DNA from: Phoronis australis
Lineage: Eukaryota; Animalia; Phoronida
Reading direction: 5' to 3'
Assembly (NCBI GenBank): GCA_002633005.1
Contig: NMRA01000893.1
Span: 50,253 to 108,271 of the forward strand
Length of the DNA: 58,019 bases
The position numbers and the translations under genes were made by a program. The notes under the pieces are model-generated. The model was given only the letters and a program-made list of their open reading frames with translations, had not been told where the DNA came from and ran no database searches. Of the stretch, positions 11,201 to 22,968 are shown piece by piece. Within the stretch, counting starts at the first letter, position 1; the number at the start of each line of letters is the position of its first letter.

Positions 11201-14200
11201 CCAAGAACTCTCAACTTGTCTAAAACCGGAGGAGATTTCGAAAACAACGCCGATAGCCCCAATACTGAACATGACGACAGTCGTGCCCTCGGTCACACGG
11301 TCACTGATCATAGCTACGCTGTGTTTACAAACGAGAGAGAGGACTTGCTTGGTATTATAAAGCAAAAAATGAAACATGGTTTTTAGTTTGCAAATCACTC
11401 CAAATGCACACACTATCCAGCCTGCTCAAGACACGGCCTGACCACAAGCTATCCCATGAGCCTTCGCGCAGGAAGTAACTCGCACATGCGCAATGCGTAG
11501 TTCGTTTGCGCTGCAAATCCGCTATTGGATGTCATTATTTCCCTGTTGTGATAACATTGGCTACAACTCCCTATCAGAAGTATGATTGTGTTAATCATTC
11601 CGTAGTGCATTTGGGATTGGAAATCCTTAGGTTGAAAGGTCACCAAACTCTTTTTTAACCTATGAACAGTTTTTAAAAACCACTCCTCTATCCACTTTTT
11701 TGGAACAAAATGATGCACAGTAATCCCCAACAACCCTCAAAAGTTTGGAGGACATTTTGAAAAATCCGATCAAAGTCTGCCAAATGGGCAAGCGTGACCT
11801 ACACTTTTACCTGATTACACTGCACCTACAACATCTGAACTCTGACACAGGAAGTGTGAGTTTTTAACCGATTCCTGCGTTTGTCGTTCAAGATTGACGT
11901 CAATGATACATTAGCTGGTGATAGAACCAGGATTGGCTTAAATCATAAAAACATGGTTTAGTGTTGTTTTAGTTCAAAGATGTGAAGTAATTTCTCCTAA
12001 AGCATGACATCCATGAGCTTCAGATTCAAGTTATTCATTGTTCAAAATGACAGCAGACTGAAGTTGCGTACAGCCTAGTCACGTTGTTTGAGTATGAACG
12101 CATGAATATTCCTCATTCCTGTTTAAATGACTATGTACAGTGACTTCTTATATTTGTTCATTTTACTAGTCTGTATTGGTGACTCCATTTTAAACTATTA
12201 AGGTATAAATTATTTCTATTTTGTTTTAGTAAAATACTTGAACAGAATTTTAACCCAAACTAATTAAATCAAAACATTTTCCCAAAAGTTGCTTATTCAC
12301 CCTGTCATCAATTTTGTTCAAAATAAAACAAAAAATGTTTTCAGGTGGTGCACCAAGTGTGAAATACATTGAGAATGAACCTGTTTATTTTAGCCAAAAG
12401 TAGCACCTATGAACTCCATTCTGACTACAATGTTACCATAGAAAACAAAATGTTAATTTGCTTCTCCCCAGGACTGGTTATTTTGCTATTGTTAAAAATT
12501 TAATTGAAACATTCAACACTCGTCATTGTGTGACCAGTGTTATCCCACAGTAATAATCATATTATCTAATCACTGCTCAATATACTTTATTCAAATACAT
12601 ACAGAACTGATGAAAACCATGGAAAGAGAATCTTTAAAATTCTTAATGGTTCAGTGTTTATAAGATTGAAATTTATTATTTAGTGATGCGCTCTTGTGCA
12701 AATTTGCGTCTTTGCCTCCATTTTTCAGGTGACAGTTTGTCAATAGATGTCAGTGCTGTCCATCACGACAACCAGTTGCTAAGATACTGCGTATCAATGC
12801 TGGGCTATGGTTTCTATGGAGACGTTCTCAAAGACAGCGAATCTAATAGGTGGATGGGACCAAAACGATATACATGGAGTGGTAAGAGATTGTTTCATAT
12901 GGCCTTTGGTAGTGCAAAGAATAAAGAAATTATTTATAAACCCATCTTCTGTCATGAAATTTTACTTTTGATTTAGTCCTTCTACGATGAAATTGGTCTC
13001 TAATTGCTCCATTCTCAAGTTAGTGGTGATTTCTGAGTCTGGAAGAATTGATAGTTAGGTATTGGTTTCAAGCAATACCTAACTATCAATTCTTCCAGAA
13101 TTGTCCAGACTGGTCAGAAGGTTTCTGTTGGAAAAATATAAAATTAGTTCGGATGCTTTGAAAAGTCAACTAGATGAACGTGGCAGTTGAGATCAGTTTT
13201 ATACGGGTCTAAATCAACAGTTAATTTCTTTGATAGAGAAGTAGCTTATAGCCATCTTAACGCTTGCAAACCTGGGCCAAGCTTTATTGTACACTGATAA
13301 GGTTGTATCTTTTACTGCTACTTAGTTGCTTTCCAAACAGCCTGATCTATAGAAGAATATTTAGTTGAGTGCGTGTTAACACGATTTTCGCTCAAGAGCA
13401 TATTAACGCGTTATTTGTAAATTATACTTAAGACATTCGTAATTTGCATATGTCAGAACCTTATAACATGTTCATGTAGGGAGTGTAATTGAGATGCATT
13501 GTATTTAAATGTGATTTAGTGGTCCAAATTTGATGTCCATAAACAGCTGATTGTTCACTACCTTGTGCTCACTATTTTGTTCTAGGAGCCAAGAAGTTCT
13601 TAAAGAACAAAAGTTATGTGGGTGAAGTGTCGTATCTGGCTGGTCCAGAGAACGATGCAGTGCTGCCCTCTCCCAGGGATGGATCAAGTTGTTTCTTCGG
13701 GTAAGTCTGACTCATTTAATGTAACACTTGCACATGATTGGTGTGCTCTTATTTGGTTTATGAGACCCGATTAATTGGGTTTAATATCCATGTCTTAAAA
13801 ATCGCTTAACACAAACTTTGGACACCTAGATTTCTTTTTATATATCCCCAAATTGTGAGTTAGACCACTATCTCCTCACTGTGAAGTTGTGTAGTTGATA
13901 ACTGCTGGTGGGGATTAGCTGGTTTCAAAGCCAAGCACTGACTGGCTGTTAAGCTGCGACATGATCATGTGATTTAAAAGCTGATGATTGGACACTGGAC
14001 ATTCAGTCAAGTCTGTTTTCTGAATTAGCCATAATTCAATTGGTTTGTCGAAATAAAAATTTTACCGCTTTCTGGAACAGTTATTTGCTGTGAACAAATT
14101 AAAGAGGCAATAATTGGCGCCTTTTCTCAAAAAATATTGGCTTCAGCCACTTGAGTTATAAAGTGGGTCCCACCTTGAAGTATGTTGTTCCTTTCTTAGA

Positions 14201-17200
14201 TTAGTACTGACATAAAGACCAGAATAAAAGAAGATTGTAATGAGTAGTAAGCAATAGTTGTTCAAGTAAAGGATGAGGACACAACGTTGCTTTGAAGATT
14301 GAGCAAGCTAGTTAAAAAGTCGTTTTTGACAAATGATGTCATAAATAGCGACTTTTAGAGCTATTAGGAAGTCATTTTCTCAGTCTCTGTCGGTGTATGC
14401 ACAAATTAGTGAAGTGCTCGTTTTTTTGAGAGTCCCATCACACGGGGATATATGTCAGTGCTGTCATTGACCTAAGTTGGATAATGACATTCTGTATTCA
14501 AATGACTGTTTCTTCAACTGTTTTGATTGTGATGCTGCTAAAATTCAATCTGTACTAAATATTGCATGCTAAGTGTAAGTGCAGATGCATCGTAAGAAAA
14601 TGGGGGTTTGAGTTTTGTAAATCAGCTGAAATTTTTCATTCTGTTGTTTTGCTCATGGAAACAATTGCCATTATCATTACCCTTGTTGTTATTATTACTA
14701 TAATTATGATTATATTATTGTTATAATTATTATTATAATTATTATTGTTATATGATTGGTGATTATCTAGATGTACTGTATGCCGTACTGCTTCTGAGAA
14801 CCAGCTGATGGCCCTTGCAAACTCTGACCCCATAAGAAAACGTAACTCAGTGGCAACGAGGTCATCTACGTCAAGTAAGCACTCATTGCATGAATTTAGA
14901 TTGTTTTAAAAATGTGTTATTCGTTATATACAAAATGCATGCACCTTCCTTGAGACATAAAGGGTCATTTTACTATTGGTTGTCTGTCAGTGTTGAACTC
15001 TTAATTGAAACGCTTTGAGGTTTAAAAACATCACCGTGTTCATCCGATTTTGAATTGTTGCAGAATTATTCATGATGTCAAGTGACAGGCAATGCTTACA
15101 TGTGCCGTCTTCAAATTTGCAATTTTTATTATTGTCCATCCCCAATAAAGTCTGAAGCATTTTCTTGAGTCACTGATGGTTGTGGTGTATTGTTTTGGGT
15201 AATGGAATTAGAATCCTGTCACAGTAAGGAGAGACTGATGTTATGAGAGTAGAGGACATAATTCCATTTTCATTTTTAGCTAAACAAGGCAAAATGTACC
15301 TTAACGGTTATGAAAGACCATTTTCTGTGCATTCTGTCAGGCTCAAGTAAAGTATATTTTATGAACACAGAATGCCTGACTAGAATCTCTATTGATTTTG
15401 ACTTTTTATCAATCTGCCGTTGATTGGATCCCGTGGCATTGTAATTAACGAGACAGGGGTATCACTAATATCGTCCAAATTTCATTTGATGTTGATAAAT
15501 GTTCAAGATGAAATCTCCAAAATGCTCGACAGAATGTTACAGAGTCTAATTTATCATTCCGTTTTAAGCAATGTTTCTTTTTTCTTGAAATTCCTATCTT
15601 TGATAGCTTTTCATGTAAAAATGGACCAGTTTAAAAATTATTCTGAAAATAGTTTATAGTACCTGCCTACCTAGAAATTTTGATATGAATCTGAGATGTA
15701 ACATTCTGAAGCTGGCCAAATTGTATATTTTATAGAGTTCTGCATAGCTTTAACTGAGATTCAGATAATTCAAACTTTTGGTTTCAGGTTGTGATAATAT
15801 GAGAATGCACTGTTGGAGTAAATTTGTTGATTATAACCTGAATATTTTGATGCTGATCCCAATAGCAGAAACTTTTTGGAGAATCCTGGGTTCACAACAA
15901 GAGAATCCGTACATTCAGTGTATGAGTTCCATTATTTAGAATATTTGTATCCACCAACACACATTAAGAATGAACACTATAGATCTTTTTGATTTCTGCA
16001 AAGAGTGAAACTATTTTATGTTCAGTATATAGGGTACACTTAGTGGTAGCTAGAAAAATGTGGCCAAAATCATGTGTTCTCATTAAAATATCTCACGTAG
16101 TCTCGCGAAGTCTTGCTTTTTAGCGAAGTCTTGCATTTTAGTGAGGTCCTAGCGTTACTGAACTCTACCCAGTATTGGAAGTGGCACTCTTTATTTTAAA
16201 TTTTGTTTAAGGTATGTACGAAGAAGGGCGATGGAAGAAAGTGGAAGGTCGTTTCATTGGGGTCAATGCAGTTACCATCAGTTGTAAGAGCCATATGAGT
16301 CCCGAAGGGTTCTCGCCGTCGTGTCACCTTGGTGATGGGTATCTTGACCTAGTGTTGGTGCGCGAGTGTTCGCGCTTTGACTACCTCCGTCATATGACCC
16401 GGTTTCAAAAACGAGCCAAGGACCAGGTACGTGAATTTCCCAAATATTGACCCAGTTGTAGAGTTGTCTGGCCTCTGTAGGGCTCTGAGTAACCACTATT
16501 GTCGTCAAATGGTGGAGCCAGTTGTGCTCGGGGACAATCTTTTCATGCACGGAAATTATCGAGAGAGCACGATCCGATCAGTGAGATGTATACTGAGTAT
16601 AAGTGTAGAATGCAATTTGGACACGAAATTTCCCTTTGATTGGTCAATTGTATTTTTTGTGAACGACTCGTCAGTGAAAAATGTCCTTACTTGGTTATGT
16701 ATTGGAGGATATCTCATGCTATGGAAATTGTGTTAAGATGCCTAGAGTTAAATTTTTTCAAAGAGTTATCCTGATGAATTAGATTACATTTTGAAAAACG
16801 GGAATTTAATTAACTGTGTTTGGTCATGCTGTTTTCAACGCAGATTCCTGACTCCTGCAATTCTCTTGTGGATCAGGAATTTCGGGATTTGTGGGGCCGT
16901 CGTAGTGTGGGAAGAAATCAACCATGCCGACAGCGAAAACCAAAATACATGCTGTGACGAGCTGAGTTATTATGTAATGTTGCTTTTTTAGTTCAAGACG
17001 CTTTGAAATTGAAAATTGTTCTTTTGGTGTGCATCAATCCACCTTGCAATGGATAAACTTTCTGAAAATGTTGGAAATCGTACAAATTTCCACGTGCAAA
17101 ATACGAACTTTTAAACTAAAGGTGAATGGGTTGGCAGCCTGTGATAGATTTTTCGGTTGACACCATTATGAATACATTTGCAGTCAGTAGACTTTTCATC

Positions 17201-18353
17201 AGTATTCGCCAGTGTAGCTTTACAATGATTACTTTGCAGTTTGACTTTGACTTTGTGCAAGTTGTACGAGTGAAAGAGTTCAAGTTCCGTCCACTGACAG
17301 ACGATGATGATGGACGAGAGACACGTGGCTACCACAGGGGGCACCTCAGGCTGAAGAGTGACGGTGGTGAATTGAGCGTGTGGAACTGTGACGGTGAGGT
17401 CCTGGAACACCCTGCAATTGATGTCAGGTATGTGATGTTCACCTTTTTGGATTTATACAAAAATTTGGTCAGGAAATGAATTGGACAAACTCTGGCTGAA
17501 TCCTTACCAAACCGTTGATGCCCTTTTTCTAGGGACTGGCAGTCCCCATGATTCTTTCACAGTGCCCCGCTGTCCAACTTAAATCAGACATTAATTTCAC
17601 TTAAATTATGATGCCGTGAGAAAGTTTTTGGATTGTTGAAGCGGCTATGAACCTGCCTTCCATGACAAAAATCAAGAGTTTGCTTCAAACTGCTTAGCGT
17701 TACAAAGTTGGTCTAAAATTGCTTTTCAATTTAGGTGTGATCTTAGGACATGGAAAGTACTGCATTTTGTTATTGTTTGAGACCAGGCCCTGCAACCTAA
17801 TTTCTCATAGCGTGTCATTTCGTGGGCTAGACATGGTCTTCAGTAATAACGAAATGGTAGTTTTGTACAGCACCAGAAATCATTTCTCATCTAAGTAAGG
17901 AATCCCTGGAGACCCAATTTGTAGCAGCGAGTGATCTAAAGCAAGAGTTTCTTCGATCTAACAGTTTTGTAGTCGCTTTAAATCCTGGCTACATTTCCTC
18001 CCCAGTTATTTTAAATTTAAGTTCTTGATTTTCAAATTTCTCTTACCACGAGAACAATTGATTTGGTACAGTTCAGTTTATCAGGAAGTGATTTAGAAGG
18101 AAATGTTCCTTAAAGTCTAAGGGTAAAGTTTTGGTTATGAACTCATTTGCATGTATTTCACGTGTTATGCAGGAGGACCTATAGATCTGTTGTATATGAA
18201 TTGTACACCAACTTTGTCCAGTCACATTACAGACGCTCCTGTCTTTACAGAGTTCACTGTCAGTTGCTGCGACTATTTGCCCGTGGTATTGAGCAAGACC
18301 ATGATAAACAGGCTCTGATGTCATCGTTGTCGTGTATAAGCTGTGGTCAGTAG
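2059..18353 (+). CDS. CERK: Ceramide kinase, 5'-partial, 11 coding exons: 2059-2298, 3354-3482, 7511-7574, 8588-8733, 9899-9973, 12729-12881, 13586-13700, 14771-14874, 16212-16426, 17240-17427, 18251-18353
   Basis: All junctions GT-AG and phase-compatible. Motifs: RPQHILVFVNPFGG, VGGDGMFAEV, GIIPAGSTD, YGFYGDVLKDSESNRWMGPKRY, CERK-type CxxxCxxC (CFFGCTVC), SVWNCDGE, RVHCQLLRLFARGIE. Confidence 0.95.
3354..3482 (+). CDS. CERK: CERK exon, start of DAGK-type catalytic domain
   Basis: FNRPQHILVFVNPFGGHKKGPKIYSEKISPLFELAHVETDVV, ag/gt flanks. Confidence 0.95.
4940..6120 (+). mobile_element. 5'-truncated, decayed non-LTR retrotransposon with RNase H (I-group-like) and (AGAAAC)n tail
   Basis: KLQRIQNQAMGIVTSAARSTP (post-RT region), then after a frameshift near 5440 RNase H motifs IVATDGS, RAECEA, LTDSLS, YIPGHCGISFNVKADELA; 3' tail of four AGAAAC units at 6092-6115. 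Confidence 0.85.
7511..7574 (+). CDS. CERK: CERK exon
   Basis: ttttag|(V)TTRVSHAYDVVQNYDLSKIDG|gtgagt. Confidence 0.9.
8588..8733 (+). CDS. CERK: CERK exon with GGDG ATP-binding motif
   Basis: IVTVGGDGMFAEVMNGL...RVGIIPAG. Confidence 0.95.
8778..9287. mobile_element. hAT-like MITE
   Basis: 13-bp TIR cagggcttggaat/attccaagccctg, flanking duplication cttgaa, repeated subterminal ttccgc motifs. Confidence 0.8.
9685..9878. repeat. 28-bp minisatellite, about 7 copies
   Basis: Unit aaggatttggttgtagaatgtttcctat with minor variants. Confidence 0.95.
9899..9973 (+). CDS. CERK: CERK exon
   Basis: GSTDTVAYCTTGATDPVTSALHIILG. Confidence 0.95.
   Translation, partial: VQQIRSPTAPRERQTLSLQLSTSF
10068..11525 (+). 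mobile_element. Deleted DNA transposon with THAP-domain remnant (ISL2EU/Harbinger-related by termini)
   Basis: 17-bp inverted ends atagcggatttgcagcg/cgctgcaaatccgctat; THAP motif CCVPGC...FYEFP...REKWINNIRR...FKPTRGHRVCSEHF...IPT with one frameshift and one insertion. Confidence 0.8.
10366..11068. mobile_element. 703-bp non-autonomous insertion nested in the THAP remnant, 9-bp TSD (Mutator-like)
   Basis: ggggccatc duplicated at 10357-10365 and 11069-11077; ends tagg...ccta; removing it restores the frame PTRGHRVCSEHF. Confidence 0.8.
12729..12881 (+). CDS. CERK: CERK exon
   Basis: DSLSIDVSAVHHDNQLLRYCVSMLGYGFYGDVLKDSESNRWMGPKRYTWS. Confidence 0.95.
13038..13099. repeat. Perfect 27-bp inverted repeat with 8-nt loop
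   Basis: tctggaagaattgatagttaggtattg-gtttcaag-caatacctaactatcaattcttccaga. Confidence 0.95.
13586..13700 (+). CDS. CERK: CERK exon
   Basis: AKKFLKNKSYVGEVSYLAGPENDAVLPSPRDGSSCFF. Confidence 0.92.
14669..14752. repeat. Degenerate (ATT)n microsatellite just upstream of a CERK acceptor
   Basis: Imperfect att/gtt run. Confidence 0.85.
14771..14874 (+). CDS. CERK: CERK exon completing CxxxCxxC
   Basis: tctag|a CTVCRTASENQLMALANSDPIRKRNSVATRSSTS |gtaagc; phases fit both neighbours. Confidence 0.85.
16212..16426 (+). CDS. CERK: CERK exon
   Basis: WKKVEGRFIGVNAVTISC...GFSPSCHLGDGYLDLVLVRECSRFDYLRH...DQ. Confidence 0.95.
17240..17427 (+). CDS. CERK: CERK exon
   Basis: FDFDFVQVVRVKEFKF...SVWNCDGEVLEHPAIDV. 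Confidence 0.95.
18251..18353 (+). CDS. CERK: CERK last coding exon
   Basis: RVHCQLLRLFARGIEQDHDKQALMSSLSCISCGQ then TAG. Confidence 0.93.
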
Positions 18354-19248
18354 ATGCACAGCAGTGTCATTAGATGGCCGCGGGTTGCTGTTACGGAAAT
18401 CTGTTGTGTAAATCCACAACTGTATGTGTGCGTTTGTAGGCCCATGTGTTATTTCAAAATAATATTTTAGCACACGTTTCACGTTTAGGCGCATAGCTTA
18501 AATTCACTCATAGGCAATGGCGGATAATCATTTGTATACGCTTGTATCTTCAACTGGTTGCATTGATGTGATAGTATTTCATAATTAGTCTTATTAATAC
18601 GGGCACCTATTGTTTACTAACCTGTTGGTGCACCTTCACATATTGGCGCATGGGTGTAAATACGCGGACATATATGATTATTGTCTGGACTATGATTACA
18701 GCAGGAAGGTTCAGTTAATGATGTGATTGATGCTTAGTAGTGCAATGAGAAATGCTGTGTTCGATTTTCTCTCGGGAAATATTTGTAAAGCTGTCTCAGT
18801 GCATGCTTGTCAGTATTACAATTGACAGGGTTGCCTTATTGGGCCCTACGGGCTTCTCAGTTCTTATATAAAGCTGCTGACAATTCCCCTTGTTTTTGGA
18901 AACGAGCTTTTGATTTAGACTGTTCTATTGTGCCACATCGCAGTTTGCCAGCAAATGTCTTGGTGAAACCATCTATTATTCCGTGAAAAATTTCAAGCCT
19001 GAGGAAGTTCAAAGTGCAAGTTGCCATTTTGAAGACTGTTAAGGTGTTTATGACAAATGTGGTCTGTGCTTCCTGGAAGTGAACTAGACTTGCCTTTGAT
19101 TTTATCAGGAGATTGCTATGTGACTGATAATTTTACTATGTACGTGTAATAGCGATATTCTGATATTTACGTGAAGCCTACCAGTTTCCTTTTATTTTAA
19201 TTCAGAACAATAGCACTGTCCACATAACTTCACTCTTGGCTTATTGCG

Positions 19249-19447
19249 AAAATTGACCAATCGCGTGCCACATTTTTTGTTTCGCGTGATCTGATGGGTC
19301 AGTTTTGGAGTCAATTCTAGAGTAAAGTTTGGTTACAAACTTAACTGGTGACTGAATTCAAAAATTGACCAATGGCTTGCCACACTTGCAGTTTCTCGTG
19401 ATATGATTGGTCAGTTTTGGCGTCAAGTCTAGAGTTTGGTTCCGAAC
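19249..19447. repeat. Diverged tandem pair of about 90-bp hairpin-forming units in the probable CERK 3' UTR
   Basis: aaaattgaccaat...ggtcagttttgg...ctagagt twice (from 19249 and about 19361). Confidence 0.7.
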
Positions 19448-20048
19448 CATGAAATATATGTGCCAATTTCCACATCAAGTTATTCAAACAATGCTGCAGT
19501 TCACATAGTGACTTCAGTTCAAGGTCTGTTAGGATACTGTTAATTCAGGTTTAGAGCTCTCTTGTTGATTTGTCTGAAGGCCTATGTGATTTATCGGTTG
19601 TGTGTATATTAATTGGTATTCAACTCCTTATTTACTCGGTGCTTTTGTAGGTCTTAGTGAGATATTTGTTGTGTTCATGTTCCCTTGTTATCCCTTCGGC
19701 AGGGTATAGGTATTATACTATCCATAGGCAATGAACTTAAAATTTCAAGGTTGCCCCTTGTTTGTCTGATAACAAGTCAGGTTCTGCTGAATTGTCCAGA
19801 GAAAAGTGGCTTGTTGCTTTCTAATTTCTGCTCCTGGTTGAAAACAATGCAAATGAAAACCTAATTTTCGTATTTGGCTTTCGCAAATGTGATATATATG
19901 GAGTGTATTTTAGTGATTGTTTCCCCTGCATTTTAAAAATGGTAGTATTATTTTGTGTGATAGAAAGTATTAGAGAGGATGTAGAGGAAACCCATAGGAC
20001 CACATGCTTGGTTAGTGCATTTTTTGTGGAAATTGTCTCAGAGGAATG

Positions 20049-20054
20049 AATAAA
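20049..20054 (+). terminator. Candidate polyadenylation signal for CERK
   Basis: AATAAA about 1.7 kb after the stop, followed by GT-rich sequence; no transcript evidence. Confidence 0.4.
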
Positions 20055-22826
20055 AAGGGTTGGTGTAAATTACTATTGGTGTCATAGCTGTGTCTGCGGC
20101 TTTAAAAAGCTGTTAGGACTAGCTACCCAGTACTTATGTTATTCCGATGTCACATGTAGCTCCACTGGTAGGACTTTGTCATGGAGAAGTCTTATGGGTC
20201 TTTTGTACCTGCAGTCGTCCAATAGAATTTCTTTTAACCTTTTGGCTTTTATTCTATTGTTGCTTATGGTACAGTGAAAATCTGCACTCAAGGTTTCAGA
20301 AAGGGAGATCTCGTCAAACGTGCATAGGCCTTACTGGAAGAAAGGAGAAAATTTGACTATGTAGGTTACTTCTCAGTTTACAATTTTTGAAATGCGCCTA
20401 TAAACTCGCGTTCTGTTCAAGAACTGAGTAATCTAGGACACATATCAATATGTAAAATGAGTTGCAGGAGGACGAGGAGCGATTTATAGGTTTGCAAAAA
20501 AATTCAGTTACCTGTTCCTTGAGAACCTGCTCGGGGCATAACGTGCGGACGGGACACGCCATTTTGTAGTGCCTTGTCTCGAGCATATAAGGAAGATCTG
20601 GCGAATCCCTAACGTTATCTTGAGTGCAGTCGGAGAACAATTTCATAAGTGTAAAAAATCATTATCTAAAGTTGTTTATGTTGTGCTTGATTTTCACGTT
20701 TAAAAGTTGCACAAACATTTGGTTTATGGTCTGTAGTCTCGGCCTTGCGCCGCCATCCTCAGCGATATGCCCAGTAATGTTACACGGTTGCTTGCAGCTG
20801 AAGCCTACACATTTATGGCTGCATACTTTGTAACGTAACCACTCGCTTTTTCTAAAATTAGGATATGTGCTTTTGGGTATCCGATTACTTGTCTTCGTCG
20901 ACATTCTGTGATTCTATTGTACGATACCATCCTGCAGCACGACTGAATCCAGCGTTGGTGATTTTTTCCTGCAAAAAGGGCAATCAGCCCATTTTGCTAC
21001 ATTTAAGCACGACAATTGCCCTTTGACAATCAGGACTATCTACTGGAATCTGGAAGGGCTAAGTCGACTAAAAGCGATGGCATTTTCCGGCACATTAAAT
21101 ACTAAAATGCAGTAGATAAGATTATGTAAAGTACCCGGTAAACATTCTAGCCTATAATTTCTTTAATTGTTGCAGACTTTGACTTTGAGTCATATATCAA
21201 TATCCTACCTCGGGACCTGTTTCCTGACGATTAAATTAAGAAGTAGTGTTACGCACTCACTTCACAATTTCTGAATACCATTAATTTAAGCAGCAGTTCA
21301 CACAAATTATCTCAGTTGGCCTATCGGGTATACCCTTAAAGATTGTTTAAACGAAATTACACCAATTTTCATAAATTTTGTATCATAAGACCAAATGTCG
21401 AACTTAATTTTACGTCGCTTTTCACGAATAGTGACTTGAGACTTGAAACAGCAATTTGGTATTGCTCTTCTACATGAAACGAATCCGAGATTGGGCAACT
21501 CGACCCGCTTTGCGTGCCGGTTCACATCAAAGACACCATGCTACCGACTAAATTAAATCGCCTCGGGCTGTTGATGTAATTGTTCTCTAGATAATGAGAC
21601 TATCATAAACGCGTTGGTGGCGACAATAGCATTTTGTAATTTTTTGTTTTGAAACTTGTAAACAGCATATTTTAATAGTTCGTGAAAAGCACTGGCGTCA
21701 GTACGTTTTTTACTTTTATCGGTCTTTAATTAGGTTACATGACCTTTGCTGTTTGGCAAAGTAACAGAAAGGTACATTCATAGCAAAACATCAGATTCAA
21801 TAATATGACCAAATTTTGTAAGACATCGATGCTCATGATAAAATATATTAAATACTGTTATTGAGTTTCCTAAAATTGTCCTTTCATTCTGATCTTATGA
21901 AACTTTAGCCCCTAATGCATAAATGGAACATTTTGAAAACAATGACTCTAACGGTGTATTGGAGAGCCGTGTATACACCTGTAAGGCATAGCATCTGAAA
22001 GTATTTCTATAAATCAGTTTGGCCATTTCCGAGATATGATGTTTCGAAGTTGGCCATAATTGGACTTCTATGTTTCTACGGACCGGTGCAACATGCACCG
22101 TAATTCTGGTCATAAACGTCTTGGTGGACACTGAACTTTAAAAATCTCACTGAGAAAACAAGTTTCGAGGTCACGACATGTTTTTCACAAAGGAAACATT
22201 CCGCACCGCCGCGGGTGGTTCTTTCGGTCCTGGACCAGCATTCGTGTGGTGAACTTTTTGAGAACGTGGCCATTTCGAATGCATGTTATGTTCTTTTACT
22301 ATTCTAATTACTTGAAAGCTATTGTGCATTTCAACAATTTAATTTTGTCTCATAATTTCGCCCACTTTTAATTTTTTAAACCGATTAATTAGTGCTGTTG
22401 ATTTCAATTGGTCACTGTTCCTTTTTTGGTACTATAACTTGGCAAAATTTTACAAAATTTTGAAAACGCATGCAAATTGGGTGGTAGATTAACAGCAACA
22501 ACAACAACAAAAAAAAAAAAACAAAAATCGAATTCTATGCATGGGTATAACCACATCATTGGTAATGGTGTTGCAGGTCTCTGGACTCACTCCAGTATAT
22601 GACATCACTCATCGTGACGAATTAGTGTCAAAGACTCGGAGGCCAACCAATCTGGAGCATAGGTGGATTTAGGGGGGGGGGCTTCCGCAAAAAATAAAAC
22701 AGTAAGAGCGTAGGGAAATGTTGAGTTTATTAATTAATCCCGGTAATTAAAATTATACGGATGAAAAAAGATTTAAATGTGTACAGTTTTAGTGTTGGGG
22801 GAACGGGAAAAAGATTTGCCCATTTC

Positions 22827-22968
22827 CGCGCATGCGCATTAAGGTGCCTTAGCAAAGGTTTTTCCCAGCAAAGGTTTTTCCCGTGACACCGGCCATCGTG
22901 AGTGGTAACTCAGCTACAAACAACCTACAACTGGCCTAATTTGGCGGCCTTTCCCAGACCGGCTTATG
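22827..22968 (+). promoter_or_regulatory. Candidate promoter and first exon of the TRIM-NHL gene
   Basis: NRF1-type palindrome cgcgcatgcgca (22827-22838), 16-bp direct repeat agcaaaggtttttccc twice (22851-22882), consensus donor ATG|gtaagt at 22968/22969. Confidence 0.4.

Noticed and set aside
18330-18353. CaaX prenylation signal on CERK
   Set aside because: The C-terminus is SCGQ, with Cys at -3 rather than -4.
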